A stretch of 64,000 nt of DNA from an uncultured bacterium (GTDB lineage: Bacteria; Pseudomonadota; Alphaproteobacteria; MED-G09), in contig CAXFAF010000004.1 in NCBI GenBank assembly GCA_964001285.1, forward strand, positions 9,763-73,762. Direction: 5' to 3'. The notes beneath the pieces were generated by a model that was not told where the DNA came from, searched no databases, and worked only from the letters and a program-made list of their open reading frames with translations. The first letter of the stretch is position 1; every line of letters begins with the position of its first letter. The translations under genes were made by a program, and so were the position numbers. Positions 9,606 to 19,220 of this stretch are shown one piece after another.

Positions 9606-11215
9606 TCGAAAATTCTTTGAAAAAAGCCTGGTGTTAAAACTGACAAAGGATTGGTTTCTATTTTTATATCTCTATTATCTTCATCGCTATGAATTCTAAA
9701 TTTTACTCCTATTAACCCTTCACCCTCTTTACTTCCTGAAAATAATTCTCCTAAAATCGGGACATTAGAGGGTAAATTATTTATCCAAGATATTGGAACG
9801 ATTGTTCCATTAAAAGCTATATTTCTTTTACCAAAAGCATATCTTCCGCTTAAGGATAATCCAAGCGTATTTCCCACTACAGGAAGATTACTTTCTGGCT
9901 TCATAATTGCCTCATTAAATATAACACCATCATATGAAAGATCTAAATCAATTAAAGAGCTTTTGAATGTTATATCTCTACCTCCATCTCCAATATTACT
10001 CAAACCAGGTAAAGAAAGGTCTAGAATTTGTGCAAAAATTGGTAATTCTAGAATCTTTAGATCGTTTGTCTTTAATAAGCCTGAGAATACCCCTTCTTTA
10101 TTTTTATGATTATGTAGGATTAACTCTACTGAATTGCCAATAACACTATCACTCGAATCTCTATTATAAATTGTCACTTCATCAGAAAGTAGTTTGATAT
10201 TCGTTTCAGTTTCACTAAATTTGATAACTTTTTTTAATGGAAAATTAAACTCAAGATCAAGATTGCTATCCCCAGATAAATTATCACGACCTAGATTAAC
10301 TATTTTTGATATTTTCTCATGCTGGCTAAGTAAAGAAAAGAAATCTCCCGTATTTGCCCTAGCAAAGATCTTGACTTGACCGGGCCCATGTCTCATCTTA
10401 ATATCAAAAGCATTAAATTCTCCATCATTTATATCAATTCTTGACTTATCAGAGAGCTCAATAATTCCTTGATTTAGAACGATTCTAAAAGATTCATAAT
10501 TTAAATGACCAGTTCCAATTGTGCTTATAATTGGAGGAAGATTCTTTAAATAATATGTATCAATATCCTTGAAAAAGAAATTAAGATTAACTTCAGGTTT
10601 TTTATATAAATAACCTTTTTTAGTAAATGTTATATTTGAATTAAATTCTAATTTGGTAATTAACCCATTATATAAGGACCTAACCGTCCATTCTTTAGCC
10701 CCTTTTCCTAAATTTTTTGGCCATAAGTCCTTTATCATGTATAGGGGTAAATCTTTTGATTCTCCAGATATAAGAATATGATAATTATTATCATTTTTTT
10801 TTAAATTACCTGAAAAAGAAAAATGTTTAATTTGAAAGTCTTCTTTATTACTATTGCCATCTGTATTTATTTTAAATTCTATAAATTTTTTACTATAATC
10901 ACTAAATCTTAAATTAATATTTACTTCGTTTTTAAGGTTTAATTCCCATTTAATATTTTCATAATTCCAAAATTTATTAATTGAATTAATTTTTATGATG
11001 TTATTAGCATTATCAATTTTAAAATAAAGCGATGTAATTTTAGAATTCTCATATATTGAAGAATTACTATTGATATACCAATTAAAAACTGGGATCACTG
11101 GCCTTAAATTCAATGATCCGAATTGACTAACAAATAATAGAAATATTGTGCTAAAAACTAGCAGACCAAATACATATGATAATAAAGAAAATATTTTTTT
11201 TAGTAAATCTTTCAT
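9602..11215 (-). CDS. AsmA/YhdP-family protein, miniature at 537 aa. N-terminal membrane anchor plus a C-terminal AsmA_2-like region.
   Basis: N-terminal transmembrane segment SLLSYVFGLLVFSTIFLLFV. The C-terminal block LGLSLSGRYAFGKRNIAFNGTIVPI...LGELFSGSKEGEGLIGVKFRI...IETNPLSVLTPGFFQRIF resembles the AsmA/YhdP C-terminus. Confidence 0.45.
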   Translation of the reverse strand: MKDLLKKIFSLLSYVFGLLVFSTIFLLFVSQFGSLNLRPVIPVFNWYINSNSSIYENSKITSLYFKIDNANNIIKINSINKFWNYENIKWELNLKNEVNINLRFSDYSKKFIEFKINTDGNSNKEDFQIKHFSFSGNLKKNDNNYHILISGESKDLPLYMIKDLWPKNLGKGAKEWTVRSLYNGLITKLEFNSNITFTKKGYLYKKPEVNLNFFFKDIDTYYLKNLPPIISTIGTGHLNYESFRIVLNQGIIELSDKSRIDINDGEFNAFDIKMRHGPGQVKIFARANTGDFFSLLSQHEKISKIVNLGRDNLSGDSNLDLEFNFPLKKVIKFSETETNIKLLSDEVTIYNRDSSDSVIGNSVELILHNHKNKEGVFSGLLKTNDLKILELPIFAQILDLSLPGLSNIGDGGRDITFKSSLIDLDLSYDGVIFNEAIMKPESNLPVVGNTLGLSLSGRYAFGKRNIAFNGTIVPISWINNLPSNVPILGELFSGSKEGEGLIGVKFRIHSDEDNRDIKIETNPLSVLTPGFFQRIFD

Positions 11216-11240
11216 AGATTGCTATTTATAAGGAAAAAAA

Positions 11241-11714
11241 ATGAAAACAAAATGCAAAATTGGTAATAAATTACCAGCTTTTTCTTTTTCCCTTTCAAAT
11301 GATAAGATTATCAAAACTAAAGATTTGTTGGGAAAAAAACATATTCTATATTTTTATCCTAAAGATAATACTCCTGGTTGTACAACTGAAGCAAAAGATT
11401 TTAGTGCTAAAATAAAAGAATTTAATAAACTAAAAACAGAAATTATAGGGATATCAAAAGACAGTATAAAAACACATAAGAACTTTATAAAGAAACAAGA
11501 TTTAAAGATCTTATTGGCTTCAGATGAAGAAGGAAAAACTCTTGAAAAATTTGGTGTTTGGGTTGAAAAAAATATGTATGGAAGAAAATATATGGGGATT
11601 CAGAGATCGACATTTCTTATTGATGAAAAACTGAAAATTATTTTCATATGGGAAAAGGTTAAAGTTAAAGGACATGTCGATGAAGTTCTAGAAAAAATAC
11701 GGGAACTTAACTAA
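11241..11714 (+). CDS. bcp: Thiol peroxidase Bcp (peroxiredoxin)
   Basis: Peroxidatic motif [10 protein letters not shown]. 157 aa. Confidence 0.85.
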   Translation: MKTKCKIGNKLPAFSFSLSNDKIIKTKDLLGKKHILYFYPKDNTPGCTTEAKDFSAKIKEFNKLKTEIIGISKDSIKTHKNFIKKQDLKILLASDEEGKTLEKFGVWVEKNMYGRKYMGIQRSTFLIDEKLKIIFIWEKVKVKGHVDEVLEKIRELN

Positions 11715-12811
11715 TCCTTTTTGAAAGAGATGTAGCCAAAAATTTATCTATTTTACCATCAAGGACAGCTTGTGGATTTCCTTCCTCGACATCAGTTCTA
11801 AGATCTTTTACCAATTGATATGGCTGAAGAACATAGGATCTAATTTGGTGCCCCCAACCAATTTCTGACTTGCTTTCCAAAGCCTCTTGTTCTTTTTCTT
11901 CCTTTTTCTGTAATTCCATTTCATACAAGCGAGCTCTTAGCATAGCATAGGCTGTACTTTTATTCTTATGCTGTGACCTTTGTGACTGACACTGAACAAC
12001 AATATTTGTAGGTAGATGAGTTATTCTAACAGCACTATCAGTTGTGTTAACATGCTGACCTCCTGCTCCAGAAGATCTATAAGTATCTACTCGACAATCA
12101 GATTCTTTTAGATTTACTTCAATATCGTCATCTATCTCAGGATATATCCAAACACTAGCAAAGCTTGTGTGTCTTCTCTTTTGAGAGTCAAACGGGGAAA
12201 TCCTGACTAAACGGTGTATACCCGATTCTGTTTTTAACCAACCATAGGCATTTTTTCCTATTATTTTAAGCGTAGAACTCTTTATTCCAGCTTCCTCTCC
12301 TAATGTTTGTTCAATTAATTCAATTTTGTAACCCTTACTTTCCGACCATTTGCTATACATTCTTAAAAGCATCTGAGCCCAATCTTGGCTTTCAGTGCCC
12401 CCTGCTCCTGGATGAAATTCTATAAATGCTGAATTAGAATCGGCTTCACCTGACAACATTGCCTCAGTTGTTGAAATTTGTGTTTTTTCAGATAATTCAA
12501 TCAAAGATGATAATATATCTTCATCAAAATTATCTGTTTCTTCATTATCTTCATTGTATAAATCAATTAGCTCCAAGATTTCTTCCAAGCTATTACTTAA
12601 ATCTGAGTAATTATTAATTGAATTTTCCAATTGAGAGCGTTCTTGCATTATGGATTGAGCTTCTTTTTTATTTTCCCAAATATCTCCTTTTTCAAGATTT
12701 TGATTTAAATGATTTAACCTTTCTAATGAAGTGTCCCAGTCAAAGATACCCCCTTAATAAATTTAAATTTTCTTTTATGTTATCAATATATTTTAAGAAA
12801 TCACTTCGCAT
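11707..12811 (-). CDS. prfB: Peptide chain release factor 2, translated through a programmed +1 ribosomal frameshift. The frame-0 ATG is at 12811, the shift is at CTT-TGA-C (12745..12739), and the main frame runs on to 11707.
   Basis: GGQ motif [10 protein letters not shown] and SPF motif RISPFDSQ. Upstream frame 0 encodes [23 protein letters not shown], which ends at TGA. The +1 frame then continues DWDTSLERL... into the 313-aa ORF given in the track. Confidence 0.9.
12739..12754 (-). promoter_or_regulatory. RF2 autoregulatory +1 frameshift cassette AGGGGG-TAT-CTT-TGA-C
   Basis: Minus strand reads AGGGGGTATCTTTGAC. The Shine-Dalgarno-like element, 3-nt spacer, slippery CTT, and in-frame UGA followed by C are identical to the E. 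coli prfB site. Confidence 0.9.
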
Positions 12812-12823
12812 AGAATTGTAATA

Positions 12824-13966
12824 TTAGAAATAACTATTAATAGCGTCAACAAATTGATAAGAAATACTGGATAACCAATTAAGGCTTCTAAGATTCTTTC
12901 TGTCATAGTCATTTGTTACAAAACCTAATTCTACTAGAACGCTAGGAAAATCTGTAGATTTAAGAACAGCAAAACCTGCATATCTATTTGGATTCTTCAA
13001 TAATGCAGATTTTTTTTCGACCCTGTCTATTAGTATACCAGCAAATACATAAGAATCATCTTGCGCTTGTGATAGCTTTGTTTTGAAATCATAGAAATCT
13101 CTAGGATTAAGTGCATTTTTCAAATAATTACTCTGATATTTAATTTTCGATTCTGTATAGCTATTTTCAATAGCAGCAAGCTTTTCTGCCTCTTTATCAA
13201 TGCCTTTATTTGATAAAGTATAAACAGAAAATCCTTTTGTACTTTTAGCGCTAGAAGCATCAGCATGAATAGATATAAACAAATCTGCATTTTTACTCTT
13301 TGCAAAATCAACTCGATCTTTCAAAGATACAAAACGATCGTCTTCTCTTGTTAAATACACTCGATAATTTTTATTTCTTGAAAGATTCTTTTTTAAAATT
13401 CTAGAAAACCTTAAGACTATATCTTTTTCTGAAACTTCCCTTGGATATGATGTACCGGGATCCTTTCCTCCATGACCAGGATCTAATATAATAGTTTTTC
13501 TTATTGAATAATTACGTCTATTGCTTGTCTTCCTTAATTCACTATCTGAGATTTTATCTTCCGAAATTATTTCAAAACTAAGTTTCCTTTTTGATCCAGA
13601 GCTTTGTTTAATAGTTCTTCTATTTTGAATATTTCCCGAATCATTTAAATCAAAAACTATTCTTGAAATTTCAGAACTATGTTTTGCGAACCTTACACCC
13701 TTCACAATACCTACTGGATTAGGAAAAGAAAAACTATCATCAAAGGTAACATTTTGTAAATCCACAACAATTCTAGGAGGAGATTTTAAGGGTCGAATTT
13801 CATATTTAAATTCATTATCGACATCTATTACAATTCTTATACCATTGTCACTATTTGAAAATCGAATTTTTGAGACTAAATTTTTATCTTCAGAAAATGC
13901 TGCTTCTGTGTCAAAAATGACACAAAAATAAAAAATTATATAAAATATTTTCTTAAAAACCCACAT
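12824..13966 (-). CDS. amiC: N-acetylmuramoyl-L-alanine amidase (Amidase_3) with an N-terminal AMIN-like domain
   Basis: LDPGHGGKDPG and ISIHADAS zinc-ligand motifs. N-terminal signal sequence. Confidence 0.85.
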   Translation of the reverse strand: MWVFKKIFYIIFYFCVIFDTEAAFSEDKNLVSKIRFSNSDNGIRIVIDVDNEFKYEIRPLKSPPRIVVDLQNVTFDDSFSFPNPVGIVKGVRFAKHSSEISRIVFDLNDSGNIQNRRTIKQSSGSKRKLSFEIISEDKISDSELRKTSNRRNYSIRKTIILDPGHGGKDPGTSYPREVSEKDIVLRFSRILKKNLSRNKNYRVYLTREDDRFVSLKDRVDFAKSKNADLFISIHADASSAKSTKGFSVYTLSNKGIDKEAEKLAAIENSYTESKIKYQSNYLKNALNPRDFYDFKTKLSQAQDDSYVFAGILIDRVEKKSALLKNPNRYAGFAVLKSTDFPSVLVELGFVTNDYDRKNLRSLNWLSSISYQFVDAINSYF

Positions 13967-14208
13967 TTTCTGCGACTATTTCAATAGAAGCTTGTAAAAG
14001 CTCTCTTATTTAATATAAAGGAGTCGCATTAATGATTAAATATTTATTTAATTTATTAATAATTAAGAATTTAAGATTTGGGATTATAAAAAAACATATC
14101 CCTATATAAAAGAACGAGCCATGGGTTATTCAATTATTTTAAAAGAAAAAAATATTCTAATCACTTTTTTAAGTGATTTTAATCTAATGGCATTTGGAGA
14201 CAATTTAA
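13967..14208 (+). promoter_or_regulatory. Structured 5' leader of rne with nested hairpins and a Shine-Dalgarno-preceded 25-codon upstream ORF (14032..14109). The same spacer also holds the amiC promoter on the other strand.
   Basis: Inverted repeats TGCGACT (13971-77) / AGTCGCA (14022-28) enclose AGCTT-gtaa-AAGCT (13989-14002). AAAGGAG (14017-23) sits 8 nt before ATG 14032. A second Shine-Dalgarno GGAG sits before the rne ATG. Confidence 0.4.
14159..14178 (+). terminator. Hairpin AATCACTT-tttt-AAGTGATT followed by TTAAT. A weak terminator-like or attenuator element in the rne leader.
   Basis: 8-bp perfect stem and 4-nt loop read directly from the sequence. The U-tract is short. Confidence 0.3.
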
Positions 14209-16143
14209 ATGACAAACGAAATTTTAATAGATGCGGTCCATCAAGAAGAAACAAGGGTTGCAATTACAAAAAACAACAGATTAGAAGATTATGATTACGA
14301 ATTTGAAAACAAGAAGCCTATCAGGGGCAATATATATCTAGCAAAAGTAATTAGAGTTGAACCATCTCTTCAAGCTGCTTTCCTTGACTACGGCGGCAAC
14401 AAAAACGCTTTCTTGCCATTCTCTGAAATTAATGCTGATTATTATCAAATACCTGCAGCTGATAAAGAAAAGCTAAAGAAATCAAATAATAATTTAGATA
14501 AAGATGAAGAAATTTTAACAAATGAAGATGATAAATCTTCTGATCAACCTGATGATGTTGGTGGAGATGAACTTGAGGAAATTGAATCAGATAGAAAAAA
14601 AAATGAAACAATAAAATATAAGATTCAAGAAGTAATAAAGAAAAATCAAATTATTCTAATTCAAATATCTAAAGAAGAAAGAGGGAATAAAGGAGCTGCT
14701 GCAACAACATATATTTCAATACCTGGAAGGTATTGTGTTTTAATGCCCAATACATTAAGGGGCGGAGGAATCAGTAGGAGAATTAATAACCCAAAAGAAA
14801 GAAAGAAAATAAAAACAATTTTAGACAAATTAAATGTGTCTGATGAAATGGGTCTAATAATTAGAACCGCAGGAAGCAAAACTACAGCAGGAGAAATTAG
14901 AAAAGATTATAATTTTTTAATTAAATCATGGAACAAAATTAGAGAGGATACTCTTTCTGCAAATGCCCCATCATTAATTTATGAGAACGGTAGTGTTATC
15001 CATAGAACTTTAAGGGATATGTATACTAAAGACATTGATAAGATATATATACAAGGAGATGAAAAATATAAACTAGCAAAAAATTTAATAAAAATGATGA
15101 TACCTAGCCATGCTAAGAAGGTGCAAAAATGGAAAGAATCTAAACCTATTTTTCAAAAAGATAATATTCAAGATCAATTAAATTCAATTTATTCAGAAAA
15201 TGTACCGTTAAAATCTGGTGGCTCATTAGTTATAGACCAAACAGAGGCGTTAGTTGCAATAGATGTTAACTCTGGAACATCAAAGAAAGATTACAATATT
15301 GAAGATACAGCCTTAAGAACAAACCTTGAAGCTTCTGAAGAAATTGCTAGGCAACTAAAACTGAGAGACCTTGCTGGTTTAGTTGTAATTGACTTTATTG
15401 ATATGGAAAAATTTGCAAATAGGAGAACAATTGAAAAAAAATTAAAGGAATCTCTAAAATTAGACAGATCTCGTATCCAGGTTGGTAGAATAAGTTCTTT
15501 TGGGCTGTTAGAAATGTCAAGACAAAGGATAAGATCAAGCATTCAAGAAAATATATCTGAAATTTGCCCTCATTGCGATGGCAAGGGATCTCTTAGAACC
15601 GCTGAATCAATATCCTTAGAAATATTTAGAGAAATTAGTGAAGCCTCAAACGATAAAAGGGTTAAAAAAATTGATGCTGAAATATCAATAGAAGTGTTAA
15701 ATTTTATTACAAATAACAAGAGAAACGATCTAACGAAATTAGAAAATGAAACAAGTGTTTCATTTAAATTAATTGGTAATAATAATTTTAGAGGAAAAGA
15801 AAGTAAAATTACTAGCTATGATATTAATTCTAACATTCTTGGAAAAAATAAAGATACAAAAGAGAAAAATACTCAAAATAAGAAAACAAAAGAAAATTCT
15901 AAGAAAAAAAGACCTTTAAATAAAAAAGAGTCACAAAAAAACCAAAAAAATACTCAAAATAAGAAAACCAAAGATAAAAAAGAAAGAAAAATCAAAGAAA
16001 CAAAAGAGAATGATAAAAATCCAAGAAAAGAAACATCAAAAAAAGATAAAATTGAAGCTCCAAAAAATGAAAATTATATTGGAGCGCCAATAGAAGATAA
16101 AAAAGAAATTAAGGACAAAAAAACCGGTTGGTGGAATAAATAA
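14209..16143 (+). CDS. rne: Ribonuclease E (RNase E/G family) with an acidic insert in the S1 domain and a short lysine-rich C-terminal tail
   Basis: S1 domain NIYLAKVIRVEPSLQAAFLDYGG. Catalytic-core motifs LVAIDVNSG and VVIDFIDM. Zn-link CPHCDGKG. K-rich tail from about residue 540. Confidence 0.85.
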   Translation: MTNEILIDAVHQEETRVAITKNNRLEDYDYEFENKKPIRGNIYLAKVIRVEPSLQAAFLDYGGNKNAFLPFSEINADYYQIPAADKEKLKKSNNNLDKDEEILTNEDDKSSDQPDDVGGDELEEIESDRKKNETIKYKIQEVIKKNQIILIQISKEERGNKGAAATTYISIPGRYCVLMPNTLRGGGISRRINNPKERKKIKTILDKLNVSDEMGLIIRTAGSKTTAGEIRKDYNFLIKSWNKIREDTLSANAPSLIYENGSVIHRTLRDMYTKDIDKIYIQGDEKYKLAKNLIKMMIPSHAKKVQKWKESKPIFQKDNIQDQLNSIYSENVPLKSGGSLVIDQTEALVAIDVNSGTSKKDYNIEDTALRTNLEASEEIARQLKLRDLAGLVVIDFIDMEKFANRRTIEKKLKESLKLDRSRIQVGRISSFGLLEMSRQRIRSSIQENISEICPHCDGKGSLRTAESISLEIFREISEASNDKRVKKIDAEISIEVLNFITNNKRNDLTKLENETSVSFKLIGNNNFRGKESKITSYDINSNILGKNKDTKEKNTQNKKTKENSKKKRPLNKKESQKNQKNTQNKKTKDKKERKIKETKENDKNPRKETSKKDKIEAPKNENYIGAPIEDKKEIKDKKTGWWNK

Positions 16144-16151
16144 AAACTCTT

Positions 16152-17522
16152 ATGATAAGAAAAAAAAATATATCAAAATTTATAATATCTATATCATTAT
16201 TTGTTTTTCTAAGTTTATATAATTCTATATACCTTCAGGCTGGTGGTATAGCCAGAGATGCTGAAACAGAAGAATTTTTAGAAGAAATAACAACCCCTAT
16301 AGTTAATGCTGCTAATTTGAGATCCTCTTCAGTAGATATTTATTTGTTCAATGACAATGCTGTAAATGCCTTTGTAACATGCGGTCAAAAAATCTTTGTT
16401 AATACTGGTTTGATTATGGAATTTGAGGACCCTTCAATGCTTAGAGGTGTTCTAGCGCATGAAACAGGACATATTGCTGGAGCGCATTTAGCAAGATCTG
16501 ATATTGCATTAAAAAAAGCTCAAGCGCCTATGATAGTTGGCTTATTGTTGGGCATTGGGGCAGCTGTAGCAGGTGGTGATAGCGATGCAGTGCAAGGAAT
16601 ATTATTGGGGAGTCAACAGATTGCACAAGGAATGGTAGCTAAATATTCAAGAGGCCAAGAGGCTGCAGCAGATCAGGCGGCTTTTCAATATCTAGAAAAA
16701 CTAGGATTATCATCAAAAGGTATGATCGAAGTTCTATATAATTTTGCTGATCAGGAAGCTTTGAGTAGTAAAAATCAAAGTTCTAGAGTAAGAAGCCATC
16801 CAATATCCAGACAAAGAATCAGAGCTTTAGAAAATCAAGCTATAAATTCTAGTTTCTATAATCAAAATGATAGTGAAGAATTATTATATAGATACAATAT
16901 GATCAGGGCAAAATTAGAAGGATTCCTTAAAAGACCTGATGATATAATTAGAAAATTTCAAAATGATGAATCTGATTTTGGAATATATGCATCTGCAATT
17001 GCCCTTTATAAAAAAGCTCTTACAGAAGAGGCTGTTAAAAAAATTAATATTTTAATCAATAAATACCCTCAAAACCCTTGGTTTTATGAATTAAAAGGTC
17101 AGGTTTATTATGAATCAGGCAAAATAATGAATTCAATAGAGCCATATGAAAAAGCTTTAATTTACTCAAAGGAACATCCTTTAATAAGTGTAGCGTTAGC
17201 ATCAGCCTATTTAGCGCTTAATGAAAGAGAATACGATATCAAAGCTCATGATTTATTAAATGAAGTAATAAAAATCGACAAAAAAAATTCTTATGCATGG
17301 TTCCAAATAGCTATTGCTGAAGCAAGATTAGGCAATATAGGTAAAGCTGATTTATACTCCGCAGAAAGATACTTCATTCTCGGAGATGTTCAAATGGCTT
17401 CATTCCATGCAAAAAGATCGAAAAAATTTCTAAAGGATTCTGGCCCTTTATTAATGAGAGCGGATGATATTATTTTAGATTCAGAAAATAAAAAGAAATG
17501 GAAAAGAAGATGTCCAGTTTAA
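16152..17522 (+). CDS. M48-family zinc metalloprotease with TPR repeats (BepA/YfgC-like periplasmic protease-chaperone)
   Basis: HEXXH motif HETGHIAGAH. N-terminal signal sequence. C-terminal TPR-like helical repeats. Confidence 0.75.
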   Translation: MIRKKNISKFIISISLFVFLSLYNSIYLQAGGIARDAETEEFLEEITTPIVNAANLRSSSVDIYLFNDNAVNAFVTCGQKIFVNTGLIMEFEDPSMLRGVLAHETGHIAGAHLARSDIALKKAQAPMIVGLLLGIGAAVAGGDSDAVQGILLGSQQIAQGMVAKYSRGQEAAADQAAFQYLEKLGLSSKGMIEVLYNFADQEALSSKNQSSRVRSHPISRQRIRALENQAINSSFYNQNDSEELLYRYNMIRAKLEGFLKRPDDIIRKFQNDESDFGIYASAIALYKKALTEEAVKKINILINKYPQNPWFYELKGQVYYESGKIMNSIEPYEKALIYSKEHPLISVALASAYLALNEREYDIKAHDLLNEVIKIDKKNSYAWFQIAIAEARLGNIGKADLYSAERYFILGDVQMASFHAKRSKKFLKDSGPLLMRADDIILDSENKKKWKRRCPV

Positions 17523-18232
17523 AAAATATTTTTATAAAGTCCTTAGCAATAATTCTTCTTATTTTAGTAGGATATAATATAAATTCTTTACTCCAGCCAA
17601 AAATTTCAAATGATGAAGTTTATACTTTCCTTGAAAACAATCCTGAAAAAATAGAAAAATTTATAGAAAAAGCAGAATTAATTCTAGAAACCAATAATAA
17701 ACAAATCACCAATAAGCTAATAAACCAACTTAGATCATCTTTAGAAAATTCTGAATTTTTTATTGGAAATCCAAAAGGAAAAAAAATTGTTATTGAATTT
17801 TTTGATTACAATTGCGGTTATTGTAAAAGAATTTTCTCTGATCTTATGGATTTAATATCAGAAGATGATAATTTGAAAATAGTTCTAGTAGAGCTTCCGG
17901 TTTTAGGTGATAGTTCTATAATTGCATCAAAAGCAGCTCTTGCTTCTCATTCACAAGGAAAATACTTTCTAATGCATCAAAAATTAATAGCTCATCAGGG
18001 AAAAATAGATATGAATGTGATAAAATCTTATGCATCGGAGCTAGAATTAGATATAGATCTATTAATCAATGATATTAATAGAATAGATACTAAACCTATT
18101 GAGGAGAATTATATTATAGCTAATAAATTAGGAATAAATGGAACGCCAACATTTTTAATAGGAAATGAGATTATCCCTGGTGCTATAGATAAATCTAGTT
18201 TTAAGAATCTTTTATTAACCACATATAATTAA
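17498..18232 (+). CDS. dsbA: DsbA-family thiol:disulfide oxidoreductase
   Basis: CxxC active site DYNCGYCKR. N-terminal membrane/signal segment. Overlaps the upstream gene by 25 nt. Confidence 0.75.
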   Translation: MEKKMSSLKNIFIKSLAIILLILVGYNINSLLQPKISNDEVYTFLENNPEKIEKFIEKAELILETNNKQITNKLINQLRSSLENSEFFIGNPKGKKIVIEFFDYNCGYCKRIFSDLMDLISEDDNLKIVLVELPVLGDSSIIASKAALASHSQGKYFLMHQKLIAHQGKIDMNVIKSYASELELDIDLLINDINRIDTKPIEENYIIANKLGINGTPTFLIGNEIIPGAIDKSSFKNLLLTTYN

Positions 18233-18310
18233 TAAATCTCCCATATCAAAAGTTGACGCTATATAATTCAAAAGGTTAGATAACCTTATGATTCGTGAAA
18301 AATAAGAAAT

Positions 18311-18754
18311 ATGAAAGAAAAAAAATTAATATATATTTTAAATGGACCTAATTTAAATCTCCTTGGTGAAAGAGAGCCTGAAATTTATGGAGCAATATCT
18401 TTAAAAGATATTGAATCCAGTCTTATAGAAATTGCCAATGAAAATGATACTGAAATCTCTATTCATCAAAGCAATCATGAAGGTGAATTAATTGACCTTG
18501 TTCACGAAGCCTCCAAAAAAGCAGATGGTATAATTATTAATCCTGCAGGTTATACTCATACTTCCATTGCACTTTATGATGCGCTTCTAGCATCTGAAGT
18601 CCCAATTATGGAGGTGCATATTTCAAATATATACAAAAGGGAAGAATTTCGTCATAATTCGTATGTATCAAAGTCAGCAGAGGGTGTAATAAGTGGCTTA
18701 GGTATTGATGGATATAAATTTGCACTTCAATTTATATTAAATAAATTAAAGTAA
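18311..18754 (+). CDS. aroQ: 3-dehydroquinate dehydratase, type II
   Basis: NGPNLNLLGEREPEIYG and HISN motifs. 147 aa. Conserved aroQ-accB-accC order. Confidence 0.9.
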   Translation: MKEKKLIYILNGPNLNLLGEREPEIYGAISLKDIESSLIEIANENDTEISIHQSNHEGELIDLVHEASKKADGIIINPAGYTHTSIALYDALLASEVPIMEVHISNIYKREEFRHNSYVSKSAEGVISGLGIDGYKFALQFILNKLK

Positions 18755-18767
18755 TTGGAGAAATATT

Positions 18768-19220
18768 TTGGTTAAAAACAATCAAATTATTAGTGATGAT
18801 GAAAGAAAGGCTATAAAAGAACTTTCAGAATTAATAGATGAATTAAATGTAACAGAAATTGAAATACAAAATGAAAAAGTAGGAAAAGTTAGAGTTTCTA
18901 AAAATAAAACTATACCTAATTACTCAAATAATACTCCTACAATAAAAACTTCAGCTCCTAAAGATAAAGAAGAAAATTTAGTAATAGAAGATACAATAAA
19001 ATCTCCTATGGTAGGAACAGTCTACCTACAACCTGAACCAGGATCAGATTCTTTCGTTAAAGTTGGAGACAAAGTAAAAAAAGGACAAACATTATTAATA
19101 ATTGAAGCTATGAAAACTATGAATGATATAATTGCCGAAAAAGATGGTACAGTTAAAGATATTTTAGTTAAAAATGAACAACCCGTTCAATTTGATGATC
19201 CTTTAATGATTATAGAGTAA
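18768..19220 (+). CDS. accB: Biotin carboxyl carrier protein of acetyl-CoA carboxylase
   Basis: Biotinylation motif IEAMKTMN. TTG start. 150 aa. Confidence 0.85.
   Translation: MVKNNQIISDDERKAIKELSELIDELNVTEIEIQNEKVGKVRVSKNKTIPNYSNNTPTIKTSAPKDKEENLVIEDTIKSPMVGTVYLQPEPGSDSFVKVGDKVKKGQTLLIIEAMKTMNDIIAEKDGTVKDILVKNEQPVQFDDPLMIIE

Noticed and set aside
12618-12821. 67-aa plus-strand ORF
   Set aside because: It lies antisense to the prfB frame-0 leader and frameshift cassette and has low-complexity AT-driven composition. It is explained by the prfB structure.
14429-15542. Minus-strand ORFs inside rne (14429..14611, 14661..14879, 15291..15542)
   Set aside because: They lie antisense to the RNase E coding sequence, have no motifs, and are hydrophobic AT-codon runs.
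18233-18310. TTGACG...TATAAT-like string and a 5-codon ORF (MIREK) upstream of aroQ
   Set aside because: The -35 and -10 candidates are only 3 nt apart, so this is not a canonical promoter. The tiny ORF lacks a Shine-Dalgarno and is probably meaningless.
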